Assembly: GCA_028695935.1 (NCBI GenBank)
Contig: JAQVHY010000001.1
Span: 1-62,962 of the forward strand
Reading direction: 5' to 3'
From: Desulfobacca sp.
GTDB taxonomy: Bacteria > Desulfobacterota > Desulfobaccia > Desulfobaccales > Desulfobaccaceae
Length of the DNA: 62,962 nt
Below the pieces are notes generated by a model. It saw only the letters and a list, made by a program, of their open reading frames with translations. It did no database searches and was not told the DNA's origin. Each line of letters begins with the position of its first letter. The first letter of the stretch is position 1. Position numbers and translations under genes: made by a program. Shown here piece after piece: positions 9,165 through 17,992 of this stretch.

Positions 9165-11541
9165 GGCTTTTCTTTTTATCCGCGGCGCTCTTGTCAGCCG
9201 GAGTCGGATATTCGATGCGTTGATGGAAGATGCCGCTCAGGATCCTGATAAAGCACTTGGCAATCTGGTGCAAATCTTTGAGGGTTAGTTCACATTCATC
9301 CAACTGGCCATCCGCAAAGACGCTGTTAATAATCTTCTGCACCAGGCCGTTGATCCGGGCCGGAGTGGGATCGGTTAAGGTCTTGGAAGCGGCTTCCACC
9401 TGATCGGCCAGGAGCACCAATCCGGCCTCCTTGGTCTGGGGCCGCGGCCCGGGATAGCGGTAGTCTTCAATATTGACCTGCTGCGGATTAGCTGCTTGTT
9501 GTTTGGCTTTATTATAGAAATAGCTGATAAAACAGGTACCGTGGTGTTGACGGATAATATCAATGATCCTGTCCCCCACCTTATTCTGTCGGGCCAGCTC
9601 CACGCCGTCTTTGACATGGGAAATAAGGATCAGGCTGCTCATGGAGGGGGCCAATTTTTCGTGCTTATTTTCTCCCCCTAGCTGGTTTTCGACGAAATAA
9701 GCCGGTTTTTTGATCTTGCCGATATCATGGTAATAAGCCGCGGCCTTGGCCAACAGGGGATTGGCGCCAATAGCCTCGGCGGCAGCTTCGACCATATTGC
9801 CGACGATGATCGAGTGGTAATAGGTGCCGGGGGCGGTCACCATCAGCTCTTTGAGAATCGGCGTTTCCAGGTTAAGCAACTCCAGGAGGCGGATATCGGA
9901 GGTGAAATTAAAGATGATTTCCATCACCGGAGCAAACCCGGTAACTAGAACGCCCACTAACAGGCCACCTCCTACCGCGCACAGCATACCAACCACAAAA
10001 TCCGCCCCGCTGAGCGGAGCAGAGTCCAACAATTTTATCGCCACCACCATGGCTAGATTGGTCAGACCGATAAATAATCCGGCTTTGATCACCGCCCCGC
10101 GATGACGGCAATGCTGCAAGCATCTGACTCCGACCAGACCACCGACGACAAAGTAAATAAAGATCGGGAAGGGCTGCTGGAGGATCAGCCCGGTCATCAT
10201 GGCGGCCAGAAAGGTCAGTCCGACCGCTACTTCCAGACTGATGAAAATTCTTACCAGCATCGGCACCAGCGCTACCGGCAGCAGAAAAACCAGGTTTTTA
10301 GCGGCCAAGGGGCTAATCGGTGCCAAGGCTCCGGATAGACTTATCAGCCCCTGATTAAGCAGGGTGACGGCCAGGAGCACGCTAGCCAGAAAAATCAACT
10401 CCTGCAAGGTTAGGACAAATTTTTTGATATAAAGGCGGGCCAACCAGTAGGAGATGCCCATGAGCAATCCGATTATCAGAGCAGTGGCCAAAAAAGTCAC
10501 CGGCCAGCGTTGCGGGGGCAGCTCTTTATTTTGGGCCTGTAGCTTGATTAGTTGGTTAGAGTTGATAATATCCCCTTCCCGAACCAACATCTCCCCTTTT
10601 CGAACCAGAAAATAGACCGGTTGGAGTTCCTCCAGTTGGGCCAGTTTCCGTTCCTCGGTTTCGGCCCGGTTAAGCACCAGGTTGGGAATCAACAGCGTCT
10701 GCACCAGACCGCAGATGGCCTCCCGTTGCGCCGGAGTCATACTGGCCGCGACCTGGAGGCAATAGTTGTTAATCTGATTTTGGGCTTTCTGAAGATCTAA
10801 GAAACGCTCCGGATTTTTTTCCACCCACTCATCACGGGAAGGCAAACAGCGGACCAGAATGCCCCGGCCGCGCTCCCCGCCCAGGGTGGCGCGATCGGAA
10901 ATAATCCCCTGGCTCATAATCTGGCCGACCTGTTGATTGATCATATTTTCCAAATTAACCGAAAACTTGAGCTGAGCTAACTGATGGAAATCCTGATCGG
11001 TCAAGGAGGTCCCTAATAAGCGGTCAAATTCCGGCTTTTTTGCCAACAGCAGGGGATAGATCTGGTCAAAGGATGGTTCCTTGGAATTATTGCCAGGTTC
11101 GGAACCAACATTTGCCGCTAGCTGGTCGCGGGCTTCTCGATAAGATTGACGCATGAATTCAAAGGCCTCATGCAGACGCTCCTGAATTTCCTCACCGACC
11201 CGGCCGTCCAGATCATACACCGAGAGCACCTGGTCCAGAAGTTCTTTGCGCCGTTGCGCCGTAGAGTCCTGATCTTCAACTAAAAAATCAGCCGTGGCTT
11301 TGATATTTTCTGTAGCCACGTTCCCCACCTGATAGGTTTGGGGAGAGGGCCGAGCATAAGGGTGAACAATCAAGGCCGCCAAGAGGCTGAAACTTACCAG
11401 CAGCAATATTTTGGCATATCTCTCCTGGCTCTTGGTCAACTTGCCGGTTTTGGACCACAAGGTCCGCCACGGGCCCCAGGCCTGATGGAGCCAGGTGTTC
11501 ACTTTATCTTTAGGTTTTAAGGGCTTATCCGGCATGAGCAC
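9064..11541 (-). CDS. 7TM-receptor HD-domain phosphohydrolase (7TMR-HDED / PgpH-like)
   Basis: The 825-aa ORF has an N-terminal extracytoplasmic region and a multi-TM block. The C-terminal HD domain shows YYHSIIVGN...AAYYHDIGK...SHV.DG...IIRQHHG. Confidence 0.85.
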   Translation of the reverse strand: MLMPDKPLKPKDKVNTWLHQAWGPWRTLWSKTGKLTKSQERYAKILLLVSFSLLAALIVHPYARPSPQTYQVGNVATENIKATADFLVEDQDSTAQRRKELLDQVLSVYDLDGRVGEEIQERLHEAFEFMRQSYREARDQLAANVGSEPGNNSKEPSFDQIYPLLLAKKPEFDRLLGTSLTDQDFHQLAQLKFSVNLENMINQQVGQIMSQGIISDRATLGGERGRGILVRCLPSRDEWVEKNPERFLDLQKAQNQINNYCLQVAASMTPAQREAICGLVQTLLIPNLVLNRAETEERKLAQLEELQPVYFLVRKGEMLVREGDIINSNQLIKLQAQNKELPPQRWPVTFLATALIIGLLMGISYWLARLYIKKFVLTLQELIFLASVLLAVTLLNQGLISLSGALAPISPLAAKNLVFLLPVALVPMLVRIFISLEVAVGLTFLAAMMTGLILQQPFPIFIYFVVGGLVGVRCLQHCRHRGAVIKAGLFIGLTNLAMVVAIKLLDSAPLSGADFVVGMLCAVGGGLLVGVLVTGFAPVMEIIFNFTSDIRLLELLNLETPILKELMVTAPGTYYHSIIVGNMVEAAAEAIGANPLLAKAAAYYHDIGKIKKPAYFVENQLGGENKHEKLAPSMSSLILISHVKDGVELARQNKVGDRIIDIIRQHHGTCFISYFYNKAKQQAANPQQVNIEDYRYPGPRPQTKEAGLVLLADQVEAASKTLTDPTPARINGLVQKIINSVFADGQLDECELTLKDLHQIAKCFIRILSGIFHQRIEYPTPADKSAADKKKSHEDLDKQPAKKDLHKPNGNQEKGREDLKRLGIS

Positions 11542-12556
11542 TATCTGGGCGGGAGGTAGCTTCTGGTCGAGCCCCCTTCCGTTTACGAGTTTCGTAAGCC
11601 CGAATGATATCCAGAACCAGGGAATGACGCACTACATCCAGTTCATTGAAATAAACAAAGGCAATGCCCTCGATTCCGGCCAGGATCTCCTGAGTCTCCA
11701 CCAGCCCCGAGGTAGTGCCCGGGGGTAGATCGATCTGGGTTACATCACCGGTGATCACCGCCTTGGACCCAAACCCCAGTCGGGTCAGAAACATCATCAT
11801 CTGTTCCGAGGTGGTATTTTGGGCCTCGTCCAGGATCACAAAGGAATCATTAAGGGTCCGGCCCCGCATAAAGGCCAGGGGCGCGACCTCGATGACTCCG
11901 TGTTGGATCAGGCGGGAGGCCTTCTCAAAATCCATCATGTCATGCAGGGCATCATAGAGGGGCCGAAGATAGGGGTTGACCTTTTCGTACAGATCACCGG
12001 GCAGAAATCCCAGCTTTTCCCCGGCCTCCACCGCGGGTCGGGCCAGAACAATACGAATAACCTCGTTGTTCATCAGACCGGCCACTGCCATGGCCATGGC
12101 CAGATAGGTCTTGCCGGTGCCCGCCGGGCCGATCCCGAACACCAAATCATGGGTGCGGATCGCCTCGATATAACGTTTCTGATTAAGACTTTTGGGAGTA
12201 ATCCGCCGTTTCATGGCGGATATGTATATCGTATCCAGGAGAAGATCTTTTAGGTGGGTGTTTTGCTTTTGCTGGATAATCCGCAAGGCGTACTGCACAT
12301 CCTGAGGAAAGACCTGATAACCGGCCTGGATCAGATCATAGAGCTCTTCCAAGACTCTACGACCTAGTTGTACCTCCTGCTGGTCTCCGACCAAAGTAAC
12401 CTGATTGCCGCGCACCTGGGACTTGAGATGCAGGGCCCGGTTAATAATTTTCAGGTTCTGGCCGTGCTCGCCAAACAAGGCCCGGGCGGCCACGTTATCT
12501 TCAAAGATCAATTTCTGACCCTGATCGGCGGGCTGAGGGTCCGCTGAGGTCTTCAA
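11525..12556 (-). CDS. phoH: PhoH-like ATPase (PhoH/YbeZ)
   Basis: Walker [17 protein letters not shown] and Walker [10 protein letters not shown] are present, with a KH-like N-terminal region. Confidence 0.9.
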   Translation of the reverse strand: MKTSADPQPADQGQKLIFEDNVAARALFGEHGQNLKIINRALHLKSQVRGNQVTLVGDQQEVQLGRRVLEELYDLIQAGYQVFPQDVQYALRIIQQKQNTHLKDLLLDTIYISAMKRRITPKSLNQKRYIEAIRTHDLVFGIGPAGTGKTYLAMAMAVAGLMNNEVIRIVLARPAVEAGEKLGFLPGDLYEKVNPYLRPLYDALHDMMDFEKASRLIQHGVIEVAPLAFMRGRTLNDSFVILDEAQNTTSEQMMMFLTRLGFGSKAVITGDVTQIDLPPGTTSGLVETQEILAGIEGIAFVYFNELDVVRHSLVLDIIRAYETRKRKGARPEATSRPDSAHAG

Positions 12557-12990
12557 CCGGCCGATGGCTTGATCCCCATAATCTGTCCCCGAATAACTCG
12601 CTGGCGGGGACGATTATCAAAATCCAACAACACGATCTGCTGCCAGGTACCCAACATCAGGCGCCCGCCGACAATCGGTATACTCAGAGACGGTTTCAGC
12701 AGCGCCGCCCGGACGTGGGAATAGCCATTGCCGTCCTGCCACCGTTTATCGTGTTCGTAGTCTAGATCTGAAGGCACCAGGCGTTCCAGGGCGGCCCGAA
12801 GATCATTGATCACCCCTCTCTCGAATTCAATAGTGGTCAAGGCCGCGGTCGAACCCGAAATAAACAGGGTCAGAAGCCCTCCCTGAAAGTCTAACTGCAA
12901 GACCTTTTCGGTTACAGCCGGAGTTAAATCCAGGATATCGGTACCGCTGGTGGTGACGATCGTTAAATCAAAATTGTCAATGTGAAGCAT
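12553..12990 (-). CDS. YjbQ/UPF0047 family protein (secondary thiamine-phosphate synthase-like)
   Basis: The ORF is 145 aa. [19 protein letters not shown]...ERLVP....YEHD......[14 protein letters not shown] is the UPF0047 pattern. Confidence 0.75.
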   Translation of the reverse strand: MLHIDNFDLTIVTTSGTDILDLTPAVTEKVLQLDFQGGLLTLFISGSTAALTTIEFERGVINDLRAALERLVPSDLDYEHDKRWQDGNGYSHVRAALLKPSLSIPIVGGRLMLGTWQQIVLLDFDNRPRQRVIRGQIMGIKPSAG

Positions 12991-13295
12991 CTTCTTAGCT
13001 GATTAAATCACTATAAAAATTTTTTTATCAAAAGATTTAGTCCTTGGCAAGGCCCACCGGGATATGGTCCTCCGGCTTACCGGCCCGTTTAGCGCTCTGG
13101 GCACTGCCCCGCAAGGCGATCCGACAAAAGCACTTGTCTTTTCGCTTGTAGATGTGATAATAAAAAATCAGATATTTAGCAAGAAAAATGTCAATCTCCC
13201 CAATATTTGGCCCTGGCGGCGGGCGGGAAGGGTGATCCGGCCTTTCTCCGGAGGCAGACCAAATCTGGGTGTAAGTTACCAGGGATGTCAAGTTT

Positions 13296-14057
13296 ATGAC
13301 CTATTGTCCCCAGTGTCATCTTGTGCATGGCGAAGGTCAGCAATTCTGTCAACGTTGTGGCCAGCCTTTGGTCGCCGCCAAGACGGTGCCGCACTTGCCC
13401 TGCCCTAATTGCGGGGCTTTAACCTACCCCGGCCAGAATTTTTGTACAGAATGTGGTCATCAGATCCGATCCCGGGTACAAGGCGCGGGAACCTCCAGGC
13501 GTGCGGCCCGGGAGCCCCTTTTTTATCCGCCGCCGCCGAAAACCAGGAATCTGCAAGGCTGGCCCGGGGTTTGGCTGGCTGGCCTGGGAGTGTTGCTGGG
13601 ATTATCCCTATTGGTTTATTTCTGGACCAGGGAACCAGCCCCGACCACTCATAGTCTGCCCTTTACGCCGGGGCATACCTATCAACCCTCAACCCAAATG
13701 GATAACTTACAGAAGCAAGTCGAACATATTGCCGAAAAAATTCGAGCTGCCCATTTGAATAAAGATATCAATAGATTTATGAGCTGTTACCATTCCGCTT
13801 ATCCGGAATTAGGTCGGCTGGAAGCCCTGACCCTGGAAAATTGGAAAAATTATGACTTTAAAAATATCTCCTATAATATTTCCAATCTCCGGCTGATCGG
13901 CCCAAACCAGGTAAATGCTGAGATAGTGTGGAATTTTCAACTTTACAATCATCAGACCAAAGCCTATGAATTGCATCGGGCCGCCTTCCAGATCACTTTA
14001 GAAGCAATCGGAGACGGCTGGAAGATCCGGGAAAGCAAAGAACTGGGTTATTCTTAA
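13296..14057 (+). CDS. Double zinc-ribbon membrane protein with C-terminal NTF2/SnoaL-like domain
   Basis: The N-terminus has CPQC..CQRCG...CPNCG...CTECG (two zinc ribbons). One TM segment (WLAGLGVLLGLSLLVYFW) follows, then a globular C-terminal domain. Confidence 0.65.
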   Translation: MTYCPQCHLVHGEGQQFCQRCGQPLVAAKTVPHLPCPNCGALTYPGQNFCTECGHQIRSRVQGAGTSRRAAREPLFYPPPPKTRNLQGWPGVWLAGLGVLLGLSLLVYFWTREPAPTTHSLPFTPGHTYQPSTQMDNLQKQVEHIAEKIRAAHLNKDINRFMSCYHSAYPELGRLEALTLENWKNYDFKNISYNISNLRLIGPNQVNAEIVWNFQLYNHQTKAYELHRAAFQITLEAIGDGWKIRESKELGYS

Positions 14058-14070
14058 GGAGAATCTTTTC

Positions 14071-14775
14071 GTGTTGCCCATGCCAGTTTTAGGCCAGCCG
14101 GGATGGCGAGGATTACTGTGTTTAACAATATTAATATCCCTTAGCCTGGCCGGCTGTTATCGTCAGGTAGTTTTTGCTCCCACCCCGGAGCCGGAGGCAG
14201 CAGCCCCCGCGGCTCCCAAATCTCAACCGGCGTTGTATTACGTGGCCGTCTCCCGTCTGAATCTGCGGGCCTGCCCGGGTATGGATTGTCCCCGCATCAG
14301 CTTCTTGGAGCGCAATCAAGTAGTGGAAAAATTAGGGGAAAGCGAAGATTGGTATCAGGTCCGGGTTCGACCAACCGATACCATCGGCTGGGTATCCTCT
14401 CGTTATTTATCGGTGTCTCCGGTGCCCGAGCCCCCGCCCACTGAAGTGGTCAGCCCGCCCGCTACAACCCTTGAGCAACCGGTAACCAGTAAGCCGGGAG
14501 AAGTGATCCCCCGGGTAAGGAAGCCGGAAACCCCGGAAGCCAAGGAACCATCTACCCCACAGGTAAAAAAGCCCGCAGCTCCGACCGAAAAGCCGGTTAG
14601 CGAGCCGCCGGTGACGGTTTCCCCGACCGCGACCCCCGCCGCGGCCGAGGTTAAATCGATCCCCGAACCGGCCACCGCACCGGAGGCTACTACCACGCCC
14701 TCGACTCCGCCAGCCCCGGAACCACCGACCGAGCCTACCCCCGAATCTGGCCCCAAGCGGATCCGGATTATGTAG
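14071..14775 (+). CDS. SH3b-domain lipoprotein with long Pro/Thr/Glu-rich tail
   Basis: GTG start after AAGGAGA. It has a lipobox-like LSLAGC, an SH3_3-like core (YYVAVSRLNLRACPG..C..I..L.RNQVVEKL..SEDWYQVRV....IGWVSSRYL), and a low-complexity P/T/E tail. Confidence 0.65.
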   Translation: MLPMPVLGQPGWRGLLCLTILISLSLAGCYRQVVFAPTPEPEAAAPAAPKSQPALYYVAVSRLNLRACPGMDCPRISFLERNQVVEKLGESEDWYQVRVRPTDTIGWVSSRYLSVSPVPEPPPTEVVSPPATTLEQPVTSKPGEVIPRVRKPETPEAKEPSTPQVKKPAAPTEKPVSEPPVTVSPTATPAAAEVKSIPEPATAPEATTTPSTPPAPEPPTEPTPESGPKRIRIM

Positions 14776-14813
14776 CAGGGTTGTTGGCCTTGTTCTCAAG
14801 CTGAACTTATTAC

Positions 14814-14964
14814 GTTCCCAAGGACAACTTGGGAACGAGGTGTGGAAAGCAGGCCGTAGGGCGGGAAAGCGAAGCGCATCCCGCCTTTTGCATTTGGGTA
14901 CGCCTTGCCGAGCCAAGCTTAGCTTGGCATCCAGTTATGTTCCCAAGGACAACTTGGGAACGAG
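14814..14964. repeat. Two identical 26-nt units (GTTCCCAAGGACAACTTGGGAACGAG; each a 9-bp perfect palindrome) 125 bp apart, flanking a hairpin-rich spacer
   Basis: Unit 1 is at 14814-14839 and unit 2 at 14939-14964. The spacer contains GGCGGGA..TCCCGCC and GCCAAGCT-T-AGCTTGGC palindromes. Confidence 0.85.
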
Positions 14965-15000
14965 CCGGTTAAAATGAACGCAATTATTTGATCAAACAGC

Positions 15001-15717
15001 ATGTCGGTATTTAACCGCTTATTGCAGACCTTGGGCGGTCGGTTTGCCACTGAGCTGGGGATCGATCTTAAAGCTGGCCCCGAAGCGCGGCAGAAGTGGT
15101 TGTTGGCCGCCATGCTTTTTGGGGCCCGAATTTCCGGAGCAATCGCGGCCCGCACCTATCAGGTATTTGCCACGCACGGAGTGATCGGACCCGCGGCCAT
15201 CCGTGCTCAGGGCTGGGACCGCCTGGTAGCCTTGTTGGATGCCGGCGGCTATGCCCGATATGATTTTAAAACCGCCACCAAGCTCTTGACCGCGATGGAA
15301 AACCTGCAGCAGGACTATCAGGGCGATCTGGAACAATTGCACGCCGTCGCGCAGGATGCCAAGGACCTGGAAGCACGGTTAATGAGACTGGCCCCGGGGA
15401 TGGGGCCGACCACGGTAGAGATTTTTCTCAGGGAGCTGCGCGGCATCTGGGCCAAAGCCGAGCCGCGCTTAAGCCCCCTGGCCGGGGACGCGGCCCGGAA
15501 TCTGGCTTTAGTCCCAGATAACCTAGCCGCGGGGCCAGCCTTGGAGGCCCTGAAAAAGCGTTGGGGGGCTGAGCCCCTTCCCGGTTATGACTTTCCGGAC
15601 CTAGAAGCCGCCCTGGTCCGCTTAGGACGGGATTATTGCCGTAAGCCCAAAGGCCCGCCCTGTCCCTTAGCGCCCTATTGTCGCCGTTCCCCGTGTCCGC
15701 GCCGATCACCTGCCTGA
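15001..15717 (+). CDS. HhH-type DNA glycosylase/endonuclease III-like superfamily protein with C-terminal Cys cluster (tentative)
   Basis: The 238-aa ORF is mostly helical and ends C-x8-C-x5-C-x4-C (CRKPKGPPCPLAPYCRRSPC), reminiscent of an Endo III-type FeS loop. The family call is weak. Confidence 0.4.
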   Translation: MSVFNRLLQTLGGRFATELGIDLKAGPEARQKWLLAAMLFGARISGAIAARTYQVFATHGVIGPAAIRAQGWDRLVALLDAGGYARYDFKTATKLLTAMENLQQDYQGDLEQLHAVAQDAKDLEARLMRLAPGMGPTTVEIFLRELRGIWAKAEPRLSPLAGDAARNLALVPDNLAAGPALEALKKRWGAEPLPGYDFPDLEAALVRLGRDYCRKPKGPPCPLAPYCRRSPCPRRSPA

Positions 15718-15797
15718 CATCGGCGGCATCTCATACTTAAGGACGACCCCTTATGGTTTGGCCCAAATTGGAACTGTCAACTTCTGAGGTTTAGCTG

Positions 15798-17798
15798 TTG
15801 CGTCTCTTATTAAAGTGGCTTTCGTCGCTCACCGGTCGCGCCCTGATCCTGACGCTGGCCGTCTGGAGTGTAATCGGGCTTTTAAGTTTTATGAGCCTGG
15901 GCCAGAACTTGGAAAATCATGCCCTGGATCTGATTTACCGCCTGCGACCTGGCTCCCCTCAGCCCCAGGACCTGCTGATCGTCGGCATTGATGAGCCGTC
16001 TTTTAAGGAGATCGGCCAGCCCTGGCCCTGGCCGCGCCGTATGCATGCCGCTTTGGTGGACAGGCTGGCCCAGATGGGGGCCCGCCTGATCATCTTCGAC
16101 ATTCTTTTTGCTGAACCCACTACCCCGGAAGATGACGAGCTCTTGGCCAGAGCGCTGCACCGGGCCGGAAACGTCATTTTGGGGCAGACTCTAGAGGTCA
16201 CTAAAGACCCCCGTTTTGCCCGGCGAATGTTGATTAAGCCCTTAGAGCCATTACGTCAGGCGGCCCGCGATTTAGGGTTGATGATGGTTACTCCCGATGC
16301 TGATGGGGTGGTGCGCCATTTCTGCCTGCGGCTTGATAAATTGGAGACGCTGGCGGCCGCGGCAGTGCAAAATCTGACGCCGCGGCCAGAGCTGCCGACC
16401 GATCTCTCCGGACTAATTAACTACGTCGGCCCGCCCCGTAGCCTGGACACGGTTTCCTATTATCAGGTGCTGGACCCTGAGCACCCCTTGCCGGAAAACC
16501 GGGTCCGAGGACGACTAGTTCTGGTCGGCTGGAATCTAGAGGCCTCGGTAACCCCGCAGCAGCAGGCGGATTCTTTCAACAATCCTTTTTTTGCCAGCAC
16601 CGGCCAATTTATGTCGGGCGTAGAAATTCACGGACAAATTATCTACACCCTTTTAACTAAAAGCTGGGGTCAGGAGTTGGGGCCAGGACTGCGGTTAGCC
16701 GTTTCCTTTCTGCTTATCGCCTCCTGCTCACTGCTGCTGGGGCGGCTCCGGTTGGCTGCGGCTTTGGCAGTTCTAATGGCCCTAATTTTGCTGACCTGGG
16801 GGACGTCTCTGGGGTTATTCGTCAGCTATCATCTCTGGCTGCCGCCCGTGCTCACCAGCCTGGGCCTGGTTCTAGTCTATCTAGGACATATCAGTTGGAA
16901 ATATCTCTCCGAATTTCGGGAAAAGCGCTGGCTCCGACAGGCATTTGGTCGCTATGTCTCCGCGGCCCTGGTGGAAGCCATTATTGCCCACCCGGAGCGC
17001 CTGGAACTAGGCGGCGAAGAAGCCGAGGTCACCGTGCTCTTTGCCGACCTGGCCGGATTTACCGGGCTGGCCGAGACCATGCCGCCCAAGTCCTTGATTC
17101 AACTGTTGAACGAATATTTCTCCACCATGACCGAGATTATTTTGGCGCGGCACGGCACGCTGGACAAATTTATCGGGGACGCCCTGATGGCGGTATGGGG
17201 GGCGCCGGTGGCCATGGCTGACCATGCCCGCCTGGCCTGTCAAGCCGCTTTAGAAATGCAGGAAGCCATGATCCGGCTTCAGGAAGGTTGGAGTACCCAG
17301 GGCCTGCCCCGGCTGGCAGCCCGGATCGGCCTCCACTCGGGGCGGGTGCTGGCCGGAAACATCGGCTCTAAGGAACGGTTCGATTATACCGTGATGGGGG
17401 ATACCGTAAACCTGGCCTCCCGCCTGGAAGGCGTAAACAAGCTCTATGGGACGGAAATCATCCTGAGCGAGGATACTTATCAGCGGGCCGCCGATTATTT
17501 TCTATTCCGCGCCTTGGACCGCGTCCAGGTCAAAGGTCGCTGGCAACCGGTGACCATTTATGAACTCTTAGGTCCAAGTCCCCAAGAGGGCGAGCCCGGC
17601 TGGTTACAGGCCTTCGCAGCCGGACGGGCAGCCTATTTAGCTCGAAACTGGGATCAGGCCCAAGAGTATTTCCAAGCCGCGCTGCGCCTGAAGCCAGAGG
17701 ACGGCCCCACGCAAGCATTATTAAACCGCTGTCAACAGCACCAGCAACAGCCGCCCGGAGCCGATTGGCAGGGTGTTTTGGTCTTGACAGAAAAGTAG
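15798..17798 (+). CDS. CHASE2 sensor-domain adenylate/guanylate cyclase (class III)
   Basis: TTG start. It has an N-terminal TM segment, a CHASE2 pattern (LLIVGIDEPS...WPWPR..HA.L...L...GA..I.FDILF), three TM segments, and the cyclase core VTVLFADLAGFT...KFIGDALMAVWGAP...GDTVNLASRLE. Confidence 0.88.
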   Translation: MRLLLKWLSSLTGRALILTLAVWSVIGLLSFMSLGQNLENHALDLIYRLRPGSPQPQDLLIVGIDEPSFKEIGQPWPWPRRMHAALVDRLAQMGARLIIFDILFAEPTTPEDDELLARALHRAGNVILGQTLEVTKDPRFARRMLIKPLEPLRQAARDLGLMMVTPDADGVVRHFCLRLDKLETLAAAAVQNLTPRPELPTDLSGLINYVGPPRSLDTVSYYQVLDPEHPLPENRVRGRLVLVGWNLEASVTPQQQADSFNNPFFASTGQFMSGVEIHGQIIYTLLTKSWGQELGPGLRLAVSFLLIASCSLLLGRLRLAAALAVLMALILLTWGTSLGLFVSYHLWLPPVLTSLGLVLVYLGHISWKYLSEFREKRWLRQAFGRYVSAALVEAIIAHPERLELGGEEAEVTVLFADLAGFTGLAETMPPKSLIQLLNEYFSTMTEIILARHGTLDKFIGDALMAVWGAPVAMADHARLACQAALEMQEAMIRLQEGWSTQGLPRLAARIGLHSGRVLAGNIGSKERFDYTVMGDTVNLASRLEGVNKLYGTEIILSEDTYQRAADYFLFRALDRVQVKGRWQPVTIYELLGPSPQEGEPGWLQAFAAGRAAYLARNWDQAQEYFQAALRLKPEDGPTQALLNRCQQHQQQPPGADWQGVLVLTEK

Positions 17799-17803
17799 GG
17801 TTT

Positions 17804-17916
17804 AATACAGTTTTTAGTTTTCTGTTTTCTGTTTTCTGTTTTCTGTTGAAATGCTTAATCTATTCAATGCCTTAAGATATGATTTTGTTACATTTGAATT
17901 AAAACTTGGTATAATT
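17804..17916 (+). repeat. Heptamer-array element, copy A, immediately downstream of the cyclase stop
   Basis: AATACAGTTTT TAGTTTT CTGTTTT CTGTTTT CTGTTTT CTGTTGAAATGCTTAATCT...GTTACATTTGAATTAAAACTTGGTATAAT. It is about 85 percent identical by eye to copy B over the non-heptamer part. Confidence 0.85.
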
Positions 17917-17940
17917 TCTATCAGACACCTTTGTTTTTCC

Positions 17941-17972
17941 CGACCTTAGTGAGGACCAAAAAGGTCGTTTTT
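17941..17972 (+). terminator. Hairpin CGACCTT / AAGGTCG followed by TTTTT
   Basis: Read directly from the sequence. It lies between the convergent cyclase and FecR-TPR genes, downstream of repeat copy A. Confidence 0.45.
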
Positions 17973-17992
17973 CAACAGCCAGTTAGGAGACG

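Noticed and set aside
12991-13295. A 300-bp gap between yjbQ and the zinc-ribbon gene, checked for SRP RNA, RNase P, tmRNA, and TPP/cobalamin riboswitch signatures
   Set aside because: I could not find the diagnostic conserved boxes (for example the SRP GGAA/AGCA symmetric loop, RNase P GAGGAAAGUCC, TPP CUGAGA...ACCUGA). There are only generic GC hairpins, and I cannot support an RNA gene call by eye.
14403-14916. Long minus-strand ORFs (117 and 169 aa) opposite the SH3b-protein tail
   Set aside because: They are antisense to a Pro/Thr/Glu-rich low-complexity coding region and extend into the palindromic repeat block. The Gly/Arg-rich translation has no start context.
14814-14964. Two 26-nt direct repeats with a ~100-nt spacer as a mini-CRISPR
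   Set aside because: There are only two units. The spacer is itself made of palindromic REP-like modules, no cas genes or leader are present, and the spacing is far larger than CRISPR spacers.
17811-17847. Tandem GTTTT-type heptamers (also at 29483-29511 and 7961-7990) as a possible CRISPR array
   Set aside because: The repeat unit is only 7 nt with no spacers, and no cas genes are in the window. These are micro-tandem arrays inside a larger interspersed element.
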